The notes beneath the pieces were generated by a model, which was not told the origin of the DNA, did not search any database, and saw only the letters and a program-made list of their open reading frames with translations. A stretch of 64,000 nt of DNA. It comes from Felis catus (taxonomy: Eukaryota). Both the position numbers and the translations under genes were made by a program. Below, piece after piece: positions 45,739 through 55,559 of this stretch; the stretch's first letter is position 1; each line of letters begins with the position of its first letter. The stretch spans positions 20,400,001 to 20,464,000 of the forward strand of contig NC_058369.1 in the NCBI RefSeq assembly GCF_018350175.1, in the 5' to 3' direction.

Positions 45739-48343
45739 AGTATACATATGTAACTTTTCTCTGTATTTAAAAAAAAATTTTTTTTGATATTTATTTTTGA
45801 GAGAGAGAGAGAGAGACAGAGCATGAGTGGGAGAGGAGCAGAGACAGAGAGAGGGAGACACAGAATCCAAAGCAGGCTCCAGGCTCTGAGTTGTCAGCAC
45901 AGAGCCCAACGCAGGGCTCGGACCCACAAACCATGAGATCATGACCTAAGCCGAAGTTGGACACTTAACCAACTGAGCCACCCAGGCATCCCATCTCTGT
46001 ATTTTTATTTTTTATTTATTATTTTAAACTTTATTTATTTATTTTCAGAGAGAGGGAGAGCTCGAGCTCAAGCAGGGGAGGAGCAGAGAGAGAAATCCCA
46101 AGCAGGTTCCACACTGTCAGCGCAGAGTCTGACAAACCCACAAACCGTGAGATCATGACCTAAGCTGACATCAAGAGTCAGACGCCCAACTGGCTGAGCC
46201 ACCCAGGCTCCCCCTCTATATTTTTAAAACAGATGCTAACTTACTATACTATACTGTTTATTTTTTCACTCACTAGTGTATCTCAGTACTTGTTCCTTAC
46301 CATTTCTTTAGATGTGCCTTATTGAAGGTGTACACAGGATGCTGTTAGATGGCTATAACACAGCGCATTACCGAGTTCCCTGTCCTTGGACATTTACATT
46401 GTTTTACTCCCCTCTTACAGTACTGGTTCATAGTCATGTGGGTATGTCTATAGGATGAATTCCTAGAAGTGGGATTGCCAAGTCAAAGAGTGTGTATGTG
46501 GCACATTAACAGTGTTAGGAACTCTGTCCAAGTTCCCCTCTACAGGAGTGCCTCTCATCTATCCTTCCTCTGTGGAGTATGAGCACTAGACTGCTCTTGC
46601 TTCCAGCTTTTATTATGGAAATTTCCATACCTCCAGACAAGTTGAAAAAACAGCACAGTGAGCACCCATGTACCCTGCATCTAGGTCCAATGACTGTTAC
46701 TGTTATCATAAACTTTCTTCTGTCTCTCTCTCCCTTCCTATTATTGGAACTATTTGCAAATAGTGCTGAAGATGTCATGTCATTTTACCTTTAAGTACTT
46801 CAGCACACATCTCTTAAGAGTAAGGACATTCTCCTCCTAGCCACAACACCATTATCACACTAAAAAGCTTAAAACTCCATAATAGTACCTGCTATCTAGA
46901 CTATATCCCCACTTGTCCCAGTTGTCTTTCATGGCCATGGATTGGGTTTTGTTTTTAAACCAGGATGGACCTTTTTTTAAACTTCATTTTCCTTTTCCCT
47001 CCCATCTTGGTCACTGGCTGTCTCTGCCCCTGGAGAGTCCAACTTGTTGCAGAAATGATCTCTTAGCTTTTCATATTCATTATCTCCTAGAATTCACTTT
47101 GGTCGAGTTTCACAGATTGGGGACCTGGGGTGTAGAGAAGTTATATGTCTTATCATAGACTTGTTTCCTAGATCAAGAGATTTCTTTCTTTGTGACTGGG
47201 AAAAGTTGACTGGGTGATGTTTGGATATCAAACTCTTTGAATTTGGGGGACCACAGGACAAGGGTTTTTTTTTTTAATGGAATTTTTCCTATACTCTCCT
47301 TCTCTCCCTGGCCATTCTGGTTCTCAGTTACCTACATTTTATCCCCAGGTTCCCAGGGGCCTTCTCTCGAATCCACAAGCAACGGCAGACACAGTGCCTC
47401 ATCACCCAAAGCCCCCGACCCCGAGGGGCTGGCCAGGCCCGTCTCTCCAGACAGCCCGGAGATCATCAGTGAGCTCCAGCAGTATGCAGATGTGGCTGCC
47501 GCCAGGGAATCCCAACAGAGCTCCCCAAACTCCAATGCCGCCCTGCCTGGCCCCCCGGCTCAACTCGTGGACAGCAGTGCTGTTCCTGGGACAGCTCTCG
47601 GGACTGAGCCTCGACATGGGGGTCATTGCCTCAATAGTTCCCTCTTGGTGACCGGCCAGCCCTGTGGTGACAGGAACCCAGTGTTGGACTTACGGGGCCA
47701 TAAGCGAAAGATGGCCACGCCACCTGCTGCCCAAGAGTCAGCCCGCCGGCGGTCCAGGAAAGGCCACCTGCCAGCCCCCGTGCAGCCGTACGAACACGGG
47801 TATCCAGTTTCTGGCGGGTTTGCCATGCCACCCGTCTCCTTAAACCATAACCTCACCGCTCCCTTCACCTCCCAGGCTGGGGAGAACTCCTTGTTTATGG
47901 GCAGTACCCCCTCCTACTACCAGCTGTCCAATTTGCTGGCAGATGCCCGCCTGGTGTTTCCAGTGACTACTGACCCTCTGGTGCCAGCAGGCCCCGTCAG
48001 TTCCTCCTCCACGGCTACCTCAGTCACTGCCAGCAACCCCACCTTCATGCTCAACCCGTCTGTTCCAGGGATACTACCCAGCTATTCACTCCCATTCTCA
48101 CAGCCACTCCTGTCCGAGCCGAGGATGTTTGCGCCTTTTCCTTCCCCTGTCTTACCCAGCAACCTTTCACGGGGCATGTCTGTCTACCCAGGCTACATGT
48201 CCCCACATGCAGGCTACCCTGCTGGCGGCCTCCTCCGGTCCCAGGTGCCTCCATTTGACTCTCATGAGGTTGCTGAGGTGGGCTTCAGCTCCAATGATGA
48301 TGAGGATAAGGACGATGATGTGATAGAGGTCACTGGGAAATAG
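20323..48343 (+). CDS. RAD54L2: RAD54L2 (ARIP4) SNF2-family helicase-like ATPase, 20 coding exons in window, 5'-partial
   Basis: All GT-AG exons join in phase, total 4265 nt including TAG. Motifs seen: HSMGLGKT (Walker A), [39 protein letters not shown]. The product matches the recalled mammalian RAD54L2 sequence from about residue 47 to ...VIEVTGK*. Confidence 0.97.
21515..21654 (+). CDS. RAD54L2: RAD54L2 coding exon (KLLREDQ...LEFLP)
   Basis: tttag| ... |gtaagc, 140 nt. Confidence 0.93.
21833..22135 (+). mobile_element. Two CanSINEs (about 21833-22006 and 22047-22135)
   Basis: tRNA-derived heads and A tails. Confidence 0.8.
22426..22542 (+). CDS. RAD54L2: RAD54L2 coding exon (EEIVLRAS...[18 protein letters not shown])
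   Basis: ccctag| ... |gtaagg, 117 nt. Confidence 0.93.
22864..23090 (+). CDS. RAD54L2: RAD54L2 coding exon ([11 protein letters not shown]...AVKPHQ)
   Basis: ctcag| ... |gtacag, 227 nt. Confidence 0.93.
23258..24704 (-). pseudogene. SNU13: SNU13 (NHP2L1/15.5K) full-length processed pseudogene
   Basis: CDS relic 24617..24234: [11 protein letters not shown]...[13 protein letters not shown]...ERLLV*, with a frameshift near 24510 and TAG at 24273-24271. About 1 kb 3'UTR, AATAAA at 23292-23287, polyA, 15-bp TSD GATGCTTCAGGATTT at 23243 and 24705. Confidence 0.93.
25354..25536 (+). CDS. RAD54L2: RAD54L2 coding exon, Walker A (IGGIRF...MGLGKT...AIVP)
   Basis: atcag| ... |gtaaga, 183 nt. Confidence 0.95.
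25662..25795 (+). CDS. RAD54L2: RAD54L2 coding exon (VNTLQNW...LNDEHK)
   Basis: gacag| ... |gtaagt, 134 nt; not in the ORF track, read by hand. Confidence 0.93.
26998..27194 (+). CDS. RAD54L2: RAD54L2 coding exon (TMAARAK...QQEFRR)
   Basis: ttgcag| ... |gtgggt, 197 nt. Confidence 0.93.
27981..28192 (-). mobile_element. CanSINE
   Basis: TSD ctcact(t/c)agacccattt. Confidence 0.87.
28564..28906 (+). CDS. RAD54L2: RAD54L2 coding exon, DEGH box (EFEKALC...EGFVQR)
   Basis: ccctag| ... |gtgagc, 343 nt. Confidence 0.95.
29593..29770 (+). CDS. RAD54L2: RAD54L2 coding exon (RGHTVLK...FCVCCK)
   Basis: cgtag| ... |gtgtgt, 178 nt. Confidence 0.93.
31015..31266 (+). CDS. RAD54L2: RAD54L2 coding exon (IWNHPDVL...VTYEW)
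   Basis: ctccag| ... |gtgagt, 252 nt. Confidence 0.93.
31494..31612 (+). CDS. RAD54L2: RAD54L2 coding exon (AKDLLTNY...DKILVFS)
   Basis: ttgcag| ... |gtagga, 119 nt. Confidence 0.93.
31890..32061 (+). mobile_element. MER58-type fragment
   Basis: aaagcctaaaaatattta...tttgctgacctctg end. Confidence 0.6.
32136..32242 (+). mobile_element. Short CanSINE
   Basis: gggcacctggctggctcagtcagtagagc head and A tail. Confidence 0.78.
32953..33071 (+). CDS. RAD54L2: RAD54L2 coding exon (QSLSTLAL...VRNVSYF)
   Basis: ttccag| ... |gtgagt, 119 nt. Confidence 0.92.
33820..34053 (-). mobile_element. MER20 hAT MITE
   Basis: aaaaatgtctccagac..gcca..tgtcccct..gttgagaaacactg matches recalled MER20. Confidence 0.7.
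34314..35630 (-). mobile_element. 5'-truncated carnivore L1 with nested SINE
   Basis: [20 protein letters not shown] peptide, polyT at left end, TSD TTATTCATGCT at 34303 and 35631. Confidence 0.88.
35141..35361 (-). mobile_element. Young felid CanSINE nested in L1
   Basis: TSD TCTCATTGTGGTTTT at 35126 and 35362. Confidence 0.93.
36189..36288 (+). CDS. RAD54L2: RAD54L2 coding exon (RLDGST...FLLSTR)
   Basis: cctag| ... |gtgagt, 100 nt. Confidence 0.93.
37040..37245 (+). CDS. RAD54L2: RAD54L2 coding exon, helicase C motifs V/VI (AGCLGVNL...KQGMS)
   Basis: tttacag| ... |gtaggg, 206 nt. Confidence 0.95.
37650..37822 (+). CDS. RAD54L2: RAD54L2 coding exon (DRVVDDLNP...PHLITK)
   Basis: ttctag| ... 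|gtgaga, 173 nt. Confidence 0.93.
38101..38324 (-). mobile_element. CanSINE
   Basis: TSD ctctcccatcctttt. Confidence 0.87.
38562..38758 (+). CDS. RAD54L2: RAD54L2 coding exon (EPFEHES...FSQRNW)
   Basis: ccccag| ... |gtgagt, 197 nt. Confidence 0.93.
38825..39054 (-). mobile_element. CanSINE
   Basis: TSD tgactggttctgtttt. Confidence 0.88.
39623..39861 (-). mobile_element. CanSINE
   Basis: Antisense head, (GA)n and tail. Confidence 0.86.
39984..40191 (-). mobile_element. CanSINE
   Basis: TSD aaatttgctact. Confidence 0.86.
41790..41989 (+). CDS. RAD54L2: RAD54L2 coding exon (QPTLKSDEK...KVVTTT)
   Basis: tcacag| ... |gttggg, 200 nt. Confidence 0.92.
43064..43153 (+). CDS. RAD54L2: RAD54L2 coding exon (DIVIPGL...IRGTK)
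   Basis: cactag| ... |gtaaga, 90 nt. Confidence 0.92.
43559..44039 (-). mobile_element. Probable ERVL-type solo LTR (MER76/77-like)
   Basis: TG...CA ends; antisense polyA-signal-like aaacaaagtttat; family recalled, not verified. Confidence 0.45.
44498..44807 (+). mobile_element. MER58-type hAT MITE
   Basis: TIRs gggtcagcaaact / agtttgctgacct; 8-bp TSD-like flanks gcctaaag / gcccagag. Confidence 0.8.
45363..45455 (+). CDS. RAD54L2: RAD54L2 coding exon (GTYIRTSDG...GRMAAS)
   Basis: tgttag| ... |gtataa, 93 nt. Confidence 0.92.
45692..45736. repeat. (GT)n microsatellite
   Basis: Read directly. Confidence 0.95.
45778..46213 (-). mobile_element. Two tandem CanSINEs (about 45778-45992 and 46002-46213)
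   Basis: Antisense heads, (GA)n and tails. Confidence 0.86.
47349..48343 (+). CDS. RAD54L2: RAD54L2 last coding exon (GSQGPS...[10 protein letters not shown])
   Basis: Acceptor ccccag|; lies within ORF 47237..48343; TAG at 48341-48343. Confidence 0.95.
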
Positions 48344-48841
48344 CTGGGGAGCCCCTCTCCACCTCACTCGGGGCCCCCCAGCAGGTTGCCCACCAAGCTG
48401 AAAGGCAGCAATCTGGGCTTTCTGAGAATAGGGCACTTGGCAGGAGGGGAAAGGAAGAGGGCAAAGAAAGGTGGTTGACTGTAGTGGCAGGGCTCTGTTG
48501 CTGTGTAACAAAAGAGGCAAAATAATCCAACAGAGCAGCAATAGCGGGAAATCAGGGACCCAAAACAGGAATGAAGGGGCAGGGCAGCCTGCCTCTCTTC
48601 CTGCCTGCCTTGCTTATGCTGTGTGCTTGCTTGCTTGCCATCTGAGCGTAGAAGCTCACATCCCATTTCTGTCTTTGGGAACATTCTCTCCCAAGAGAGC
48701 TGCCTTACTGGGTGACTTAGCTTGGCCTGGAGAGGGGAGGGGAGGGAAGGAGGGTAAGTGAAGGAGGGTGGGCAGGGAGAACAGAATGAGATTTCATATG
48801 AAGTGGAGTCTTTCTGGGGGTGGGGGGGGAAGAAGCAGACC

Positions 48842-48843
<2 letters not shown>

Positions 48844-48887
<44 letters not shown>
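48844..48887. repeat. (GT)n microsatellite in 3'UTR
   Basis: Read directly. Confidence 0.95.
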
Positions 48888-48891
<4 letters not shown>

Positions 48892-50732
48892 GTACTTGTA
48901 TGTAACAGAGCAGGGGTGGAGGTGGGAGGGGAGGGTGGGAGGCACTAAGCGGGAAACTAAAAAATGAATTTATCTTTTTTAAAATGGAAATCAGAGTGTG
49001 TTGGTTCATGGCATCTATTAGTATCAGTATCGGGATGAGCCCAGGAAAAGAGCCATGGAACCCACAAGTTTCCTTCTGGTTGGGTGAAGAGAAGGCCCAG
49101 CTAATCCAAGTCCCTGGTTTTCAGAGCCACATTTATTTTAGAATTTGGGGGAAATTATAAGAGAAAATGGGCATTACCAATCTCTGTCTCTTTCCCCAGT
49201 GGCTGTCTCTGAGCAGATTTCCCTTCACAGGGTGTGAGATTGTATACAGAGGCTGGGAGCGGGGGGGAACACTGTGTTGTGTGAGCAAGAGGTCATGCAG
49301 TTGTGGCCAGAAAAGACCTTCTTCACAAGGATGGACCTGAGCCCCCAACCTGCCTATCCTTGTGGCCTTTCCTTTCCTTCCCCGCTAGAAAGCTCCATGT
49401 TAATTTATTTCTTATGGGCAATTATTTATTATTTGGACTTTCCATGTGTCTTGTTTTTCTTGGGGGGGGGGGTGGTTAGATTTTAGGAGGGTAGGAGATA
49501 GGAAGGAAAATGTTAATATCTCCCAGATCCCATAGCTGCTGGTAAACAAGTCCCAGGTAGATGGTGAATTGACCAAGGAAAGAGAGTTGGGCTTGACCGA
49601 GGTTTACACTAAACAGCTATGTTTTCGGGAAATGGCCTCTCAGGAAGACCAGTGAATCTTGTGACTGGATAGTTAGTGCAGGTGAGACTCATTCCACAGA
49701 GATTGAAACTTGGGATCATGGAGTTTGCCATTGGGAAGTCGGTGACCCCAAATTTGGAGCTGTGTCCTCCTGGGATGACTTTAAGGTAGGCTCTCTATGC
49801 TGAATAGTGAAGCTCTGCATAGGTGACTGCTGGGTTGAGAGAATAGACTGCTGATTTCCTATTAGGAAATGTCTTGGCCTCCCCAGCCTGACAGATAATC
49901 ATTGTGGCCTGGTGTCTGTTATCTCCATCCTCTTTGAAGGAACACAGAGCAGCCCTTCCTCTGTAGGAGCCTTAAGTCTGGCTTTTGTCTTAAAAGAATA
50001 CATCAGTCATTCTGGGTCTCCTCTTTCTTGTTGCCAGTGGCAGAGGAGGGGGTATCTAGTCTTTAAGCATAAACACTGGCTGTCTTCCTATTGGCTCTTT
50101 TCCCCCTGCTACTGAGACTTTGCTAGGCAGTTCTTTATGAAGAACAAACCTGTCTGGCTTTAGAGTTTTGCCACCTATTCATGGGTCCCCACTGGGCAGC
50201 TGCTGCACCTGCCTCTTTCCAGCCTTGGAGGCAGCTTAGCCAAGTCTCCCCTAGTAGTAGTTGCTTCTGCAACTCTTCTGACAAGTTTGTTTCCATTGTT
50301 AGAGGGCTTTAGCACATTCTGGGGTATTGTCCCCAGAGAAGAGACAAGGAGATGGCTAATGGGGGTGCATGCATGCATGTGTGTGTGTTTGTGTGCTGTC
50401 CAGTTGCACCAAAAGTGGAACTTAAAGAGCTTTCTCTCTCTGTTTTCATAGGTACCCTGTCAGACACTTAGCTCTCCTACTCATAGAAGCCTTAGATCTA
50501 CAATTTAGCTATGCAAATTATTTTAATAATTTTAAAATAGCAGTTCCAACCAGTGCTTTCTCTTTCAGAGGTATCCCAAGAATGATGGTGAAGGGACTCA
50601 GTTGGAGTGGGCTCTCAGATTTGAGGCTGGTGCAGTAGGAGCGAGCTAGCCTGGATCTCTGATTTGCAGAGCACACTCACAATCTGGGCTACAACTGATG
50701 CCTCTAAGGCCCCCAGAGCACTGGGATCCCAG

Positions 50733-50734
<2 letters not shown>

Positions 50735-50785
<51 letters not shown>
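50735..50785. repeat. (GT)n microsatellite in 3'UTR
   Basis: Read directly. Confidence 0.95.
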
Positions 50786-50786
<1 letters not shown>

Positions 50787-52652
50787 TTAGGGAAGGAGGA
50801 ATATGTCTGTGTTTACCTTTAGGAAATCACAGCAGCAGGCTCTGAGAATCTGGAAATTATCAGCAAAGAATTGAAACCAGTCACTGGAAGGATGGGCCTT
50901 TGAAGGTACCAGGAAGTGAATGGGTATTCTGAGAGGCAATACATACCTGCTCTCTACCCACTGATTCCAGGGGCTGGGTCTTACTTCAGGTCAGAAGAGG
51001 CAATAGTTTGGGGAAGCTGACCTGGCTAGAGAAGCCTTTTTTTGATATGTGCAGCTTATATTGTATAAAGGCTATGGGGTGGGATCATGGGAAATTAGAA
51101 TGCTACCAGTTTCATGTTTGGGGTTTTTTTGTTTTTTAATCTAAAAAAACACTTTTCTGCTATCTCTTTATGTGTGCTGGTAGGCAAGTGTGCATGCACA
51201 TCAAATATGAGCATGTGTGTGAGGGAAGCAGGAAATGTCTCAGAGCCTAAGAACCATGTTTTACAGCCTCTTTGATCAGAAACACTTGGTGGTGGCTTTC
51301 AACCACCATCTAGGCCTGAGTGATGGAAGGATGGTGATAATGGGTGGCAGGGGGGGGGGGGCGGGGTGGGGAGGGATGTGCAGTGGATCAGGCCTCTCAG
51401 CATTTTCCCCTCACCATTGTCTTCCAAAGGATGTTTTCAAGGACCTCTCAAGCTTGATCCATCTGGCTTAGTCTGAATCCTCAGCCTAGGGAATATAGTA
51501 CTACTTAATGATTCAGGATTACCATTTGTAATGATGTTCAATTTTCTTTTCTTAATATCTTTGTGGATGAAAATGGAACCAGAGACAAAGTAGCCATTTC
51601 AGTAAGAAAGTAAATGAACCATGTTGGATCAGATCATTGGATATCTGCCAAGTTCACACCCCTCGAGTTGTGCTTTTTGAGCATCTATCTCTTCACCTCC
51701 TGACTTAAGGAGAACTCTTTCTGGTCCTTGGAACTCTCTTCTCTAGGAATTAGTATGTGGTATCTCTGTATATACTTGTGATTCACAACTAAATATGAAA
51801 TTGCCCTCTCTAGGGCGTGAAGCAGTTAACTGGGGTAAAGTTTTGCTGATAGGTTGAAACAACCAAACTTTAGTGGTCTGGGTGGGATGGTCACTCCCAA
51901 AGCTGTCAGCAGAGCAAGGCTGTCTGTCTCAGTCCGTTTGAGCCTGGCATTGCTGTGGCATTGCTCTGGAACCGAGTCCTCACCCCGTGGGGAAGGTCTG
52001 GGGGTTATACATTCCTTATTCCTAGTGTTCTTGGCCGTGACCCCCTTCCTCCTGCTTCCCAGTTCTCTGTGAGTCCTCAGAAGGCCAGTCTCCCTTCTGA
52101 GTCATGGCCTCCTGTGCACCCAGATCAATCATTCTTTCCCCAGCAAAACTGTGAGATAAGAGCTCTTTCCTCCAACAGACCCCCAGGAGACTTTCTGGCC
52201 CTCCTCTGACTTGTTCCCAGGAGATCTGCACCTCAAGGCCTGAGAATGCTGCGCTTTCCATCAGCCACCGTCAGACTCTGTCCCCTCCTACTGACTCTTC
52301 TGCCCTATGTGTTCTGATGTGACCCCTTCATGTCTCTTCTGTGCCACTAGCTTGGCCCTAGGCCTTTTATGAATACCAAGTCTTAACGATGAACTTCCCG
52401 AGCAGGCAGTGGCCAACTTACTTCTTCATTCTTCAGGGACCTGAGTCTGCCCCTTTCCTCTCTCACAGGTTGGTTGGATATAGTAATCCAGTGCATTGGG
52501 AAGAGGTAGCCAGGCAGGCTGTGGAGTCTGTAGTGCAGAGGGCTTGGGGAGATTTGGGTACTCTGTTACCACTACTGGGATGATATTCAGAAGAGGGGAC
52601 CTCATACTGTGACCTGACCCAGGACCCTTCTCTGAAAGAGAGCTCAGCCCAG

Positions 52653-52654
<2 letters not shown>

Positions 52655-52693
<39 letters not shown>
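52655..52693. repeat. (GT)n microsatellite in 3'UTR, with degenerate alternating purine-pyrimidine extension to ~52765
   Basis: Read directly. Confidence 0.93.
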
Positions 52694-52698
<5 letters not shown>

Positions 52699-53289
52699 GT
52701 GTGCGTGCGTGTGTGCGCACACGTGTGCATGCATGTGCGCACGAGAGAGTGTGCATTCGTGCATATGGGTGTAAACTGTTATCTGGTTGTGTTACTCAGG
52801 GTGGGCTGGGGACTCACGGGAAAAATCCCCCTCAGCCTGCTCAAGACTGGTTTTATCCTGTACCCTCTCCAGGAGGGTCAGGGGAAGGGGGTCCAGGTGG
52901 GTTGAGGGGGTCGCAATGGATAACCACTAAGGCCACACTGCTGCCGGGAGGAGTTGGGGGTGGGGGGGAGATATGAAGTGGCCCCAGGGACCTGGCACCT
53001 GGCTTTGGTTTTCCGTCTTCTTTCCTCAGGACGCCCCCTGAGGCCTGGGACCTGCTGCGCCTGGCTTTGAGGAGCATCTGTGTCTGGGTGCTCCAGCTGC
53101 TGGTGTGATCATGGGCTTCCCTCCTCTCTCAGCAGGGCAGGTGCTCCTGCCCCAGAGACTGGGCAACTGGCTGTTTCTATGACGTATTTATTTTTACTTG
53201 TGTTTCATGTCACTTTTTTAAAAAAGCAAACAGAACAATTGTAAGTCAGTATAACTGCCTATCAGTTTTCTTTATTTCTCTTTTTGTAA

Positions 53290-53295
53290 AATAAA
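53290..53295 (+). terminator. Polyadenylation signal AATAAA (RAD54L2)
   Basis: tgtaa-AATAAA preceded by U-rich sequence and followed ~20 nt later by gtgttgtttg. Confidence 0.7.
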
Positions 53296-55559
53296 ATTTA
53301 AACTCCAGAAGGCAGTGTTGTTTGATCAAGGAATTGTCTGAACAGCTGGCTGGCTGACTGGGTGGTGAAAGGGATATAAACTTAGAGTATAGTGGGCACT
53401 GGGATGGTACTTGATGTGAGTGGGGTGGGGGAGAGAGGTGGGAATAGAGGGCAGACTGCTGGTAGGCTCTTTGTTGCAATGGGGTTCACTAGGCTTTTTC
53501 TGCCTTTGCTCACCTGAAGAGGACCGCATTTCCAGGCTCTAGATGAAACATCGAAACTGACTCAGAGTGGCTTAAAGCTAGATGATCCTCAATCATGGCA
53601 AGTCCTGCTGGGGCAGCCCTAACCAGACTGTGGGGGATTGGGGATTGGGTGCAGCATCAGTGCCTTCAGAGGATGGGAGATGACTGGTGGCAGGGTATGC
53701 AGACTGTCTTACACTGCATATGCCTTCTCCATTTGTCATCTGGGTTAGTGGATCTAACCATTGCCTCACAGAGAACTGTCCAGGGCTTTGGAATATGAGA
53801 CGTAAGGGAAGGTGAGAGCAGTCCACTCTTTGTCTCCAAGTTTGGTCCCTGTAAGGGGAGAAGCCCTATGGAAAGAGTCTCTGGAAGTTTGCAGAGGGAG
53901 AATTAAAGTGGCTCTGTGGGGGTTTCTTGGACAGAGAAAGGCAGGAGGAGACAAAGGCCAAGTCTGGGTTCATGAGAGGATTCATACTATAAGGTGGAAC
54001 AGGTCTGCTTACACTTATTTCTGGAGGGAAGAGGACTGCGTCTTAGCTGCCTTAGCTGGTGGCCAGCAGAGGTCTTGCAGAGATCCCTACCAAAGGTTGG
54101 GCTTACTCTGTTGGGAGCAGCCTGAGATGAAAGGGAGGAGTGGGGACTTGTGGCCAGCAGCTTCTATCACAGGTAGACTCTCCATTGACAACAGAGGTGG
54201 TGAAGTTCCTAAGGCACACCCCGAACTCTGACGTGGGCATCTGGAATTCCCCAGCCAGCCTGAAGGAAGTGAGCAGAGAGGACAAGATGAGGAAAGAGCA
54301 GCTCCAGACAACGGTTTCTTGGGACAATCTCATCAGATTCTGAGAAACAGGAAAAATGACCAGGTGAACATTGTTTTCAGAAGCTGTCTTGTCTCTGAAC
54401 CATGAATTGGCCCTTATCTCACAGGAAATGCTTCCAAGTGTATAGCCCACTTGCCTGGAGCACCTAAAGGTTTTGATCATGTGTTTGATGTTCATAAGCA
54501 AAATCAAACTGCCATGACTCTGCCAGCCCAGCCCTGAGTGCCTGTGAGGGACCAGCTGCTCTTCCTACCAGTGTTTGCCCAGAGGGCTGGGGATAGGCTT
54601 GGCCCTGTGGATGAGGGTCATTCTTTCCTGCCTGGGATTGGAACAGTGTGAAGTAGTGGGAAAGGAAGCCAGGATTATGAGTGCCTCCGTGTGTTCAGTC
54701 TGCCCTTTGCTAGTGCAGTAGTGGAATCCAGAATAAGATGATTCCCCTCCCAAATATCAATCCTCTGTGTCAGAGGCACCAAGGTAGCTCTTGGGCCAGC
54801 CCGTCATGTAGCCAAGCTTAGGAGCATAGTTGTTCCCTCTCCTACCCCTTCCACTGCAAGACTGGGCCTCTCAGGAGGGCAAAGTTTTATCTTTAGGGCT
54901 CTAGAAGAGTGCTTTGTATAGTTTGTAGGTCCTCAGAAATATGAGCTGAGGACTCAGCCTATGTTCAAGGAGTTTACACTAGAATACCTTAAGCTACAAG
55001 GTCAGCCCAACCTCCCCCAGGCACTTCCAGGGCTCTGGGGAGGAGACTGCAAGGGGTCGGTTCCTGCTTAGCTCCAAGAGGGTAGGGCCTTAGTTCCGTT
55101 TCTTCAGTATCCCCAGCCCCTTGAACTGTCCTGGCAAGGAGTGTTACTCAGTAAATGTTGGGTGGATGAATGACCACTCCTGTGGTTGGGGGTGGGGTGG
55201 GGTGGAGTGTTGGAGGTATGACTGATATTTGCGCTATTCCAGAGGTTGGATCCACTAGCTTCTTCCCTGAGTCCAAGCTGGGCGTCAGTTTCCTCAGTTG
55301 TAAAACAGGGGCAGGTAGCCTTGACTTGCTGGGTTCCCAGGTCCATCGGGAAGCTACAATGAGAGGAAGTGGCAGGACGAAGGGTACTACAAATAAATGC
55401 CATAGGCTGATACTGCTGTGCTGAACTTCCCAAGCCTCTTCAAACGCTTCACTCTGGTGCGGGCTTCCTTGGACCCAGTCTGGCTCTCTACTGTGGGGCC
55501 ACCAGGCTGACTTACCCCAACACCTGGGGCCGGGTAAGTTTGGGGGAGGCAGGAAAGTG

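Larger units (their letters stand above)
48344..53315 (+). other. RAD54L2: RAD54L2 3'UTR (~5 kb, 3' end approximate)
   Basis: SINE-free stretch after the stop, ending in a U-rich block, AATAAA and a GT-rich downstream element. Confidence 0.65.

Noticed and set aside
47237..47348. Upstream part of the 368-aa ORF as a separate gene
   Set aside because: Intronic; the exon starts at 47349 in phase with the previous exon
48364..48945. 193-aa antisense ORF in the 3'UTR
   Set aside because: Low complexity, driven by (CA)n and C-rich repeats; no recognisable domain
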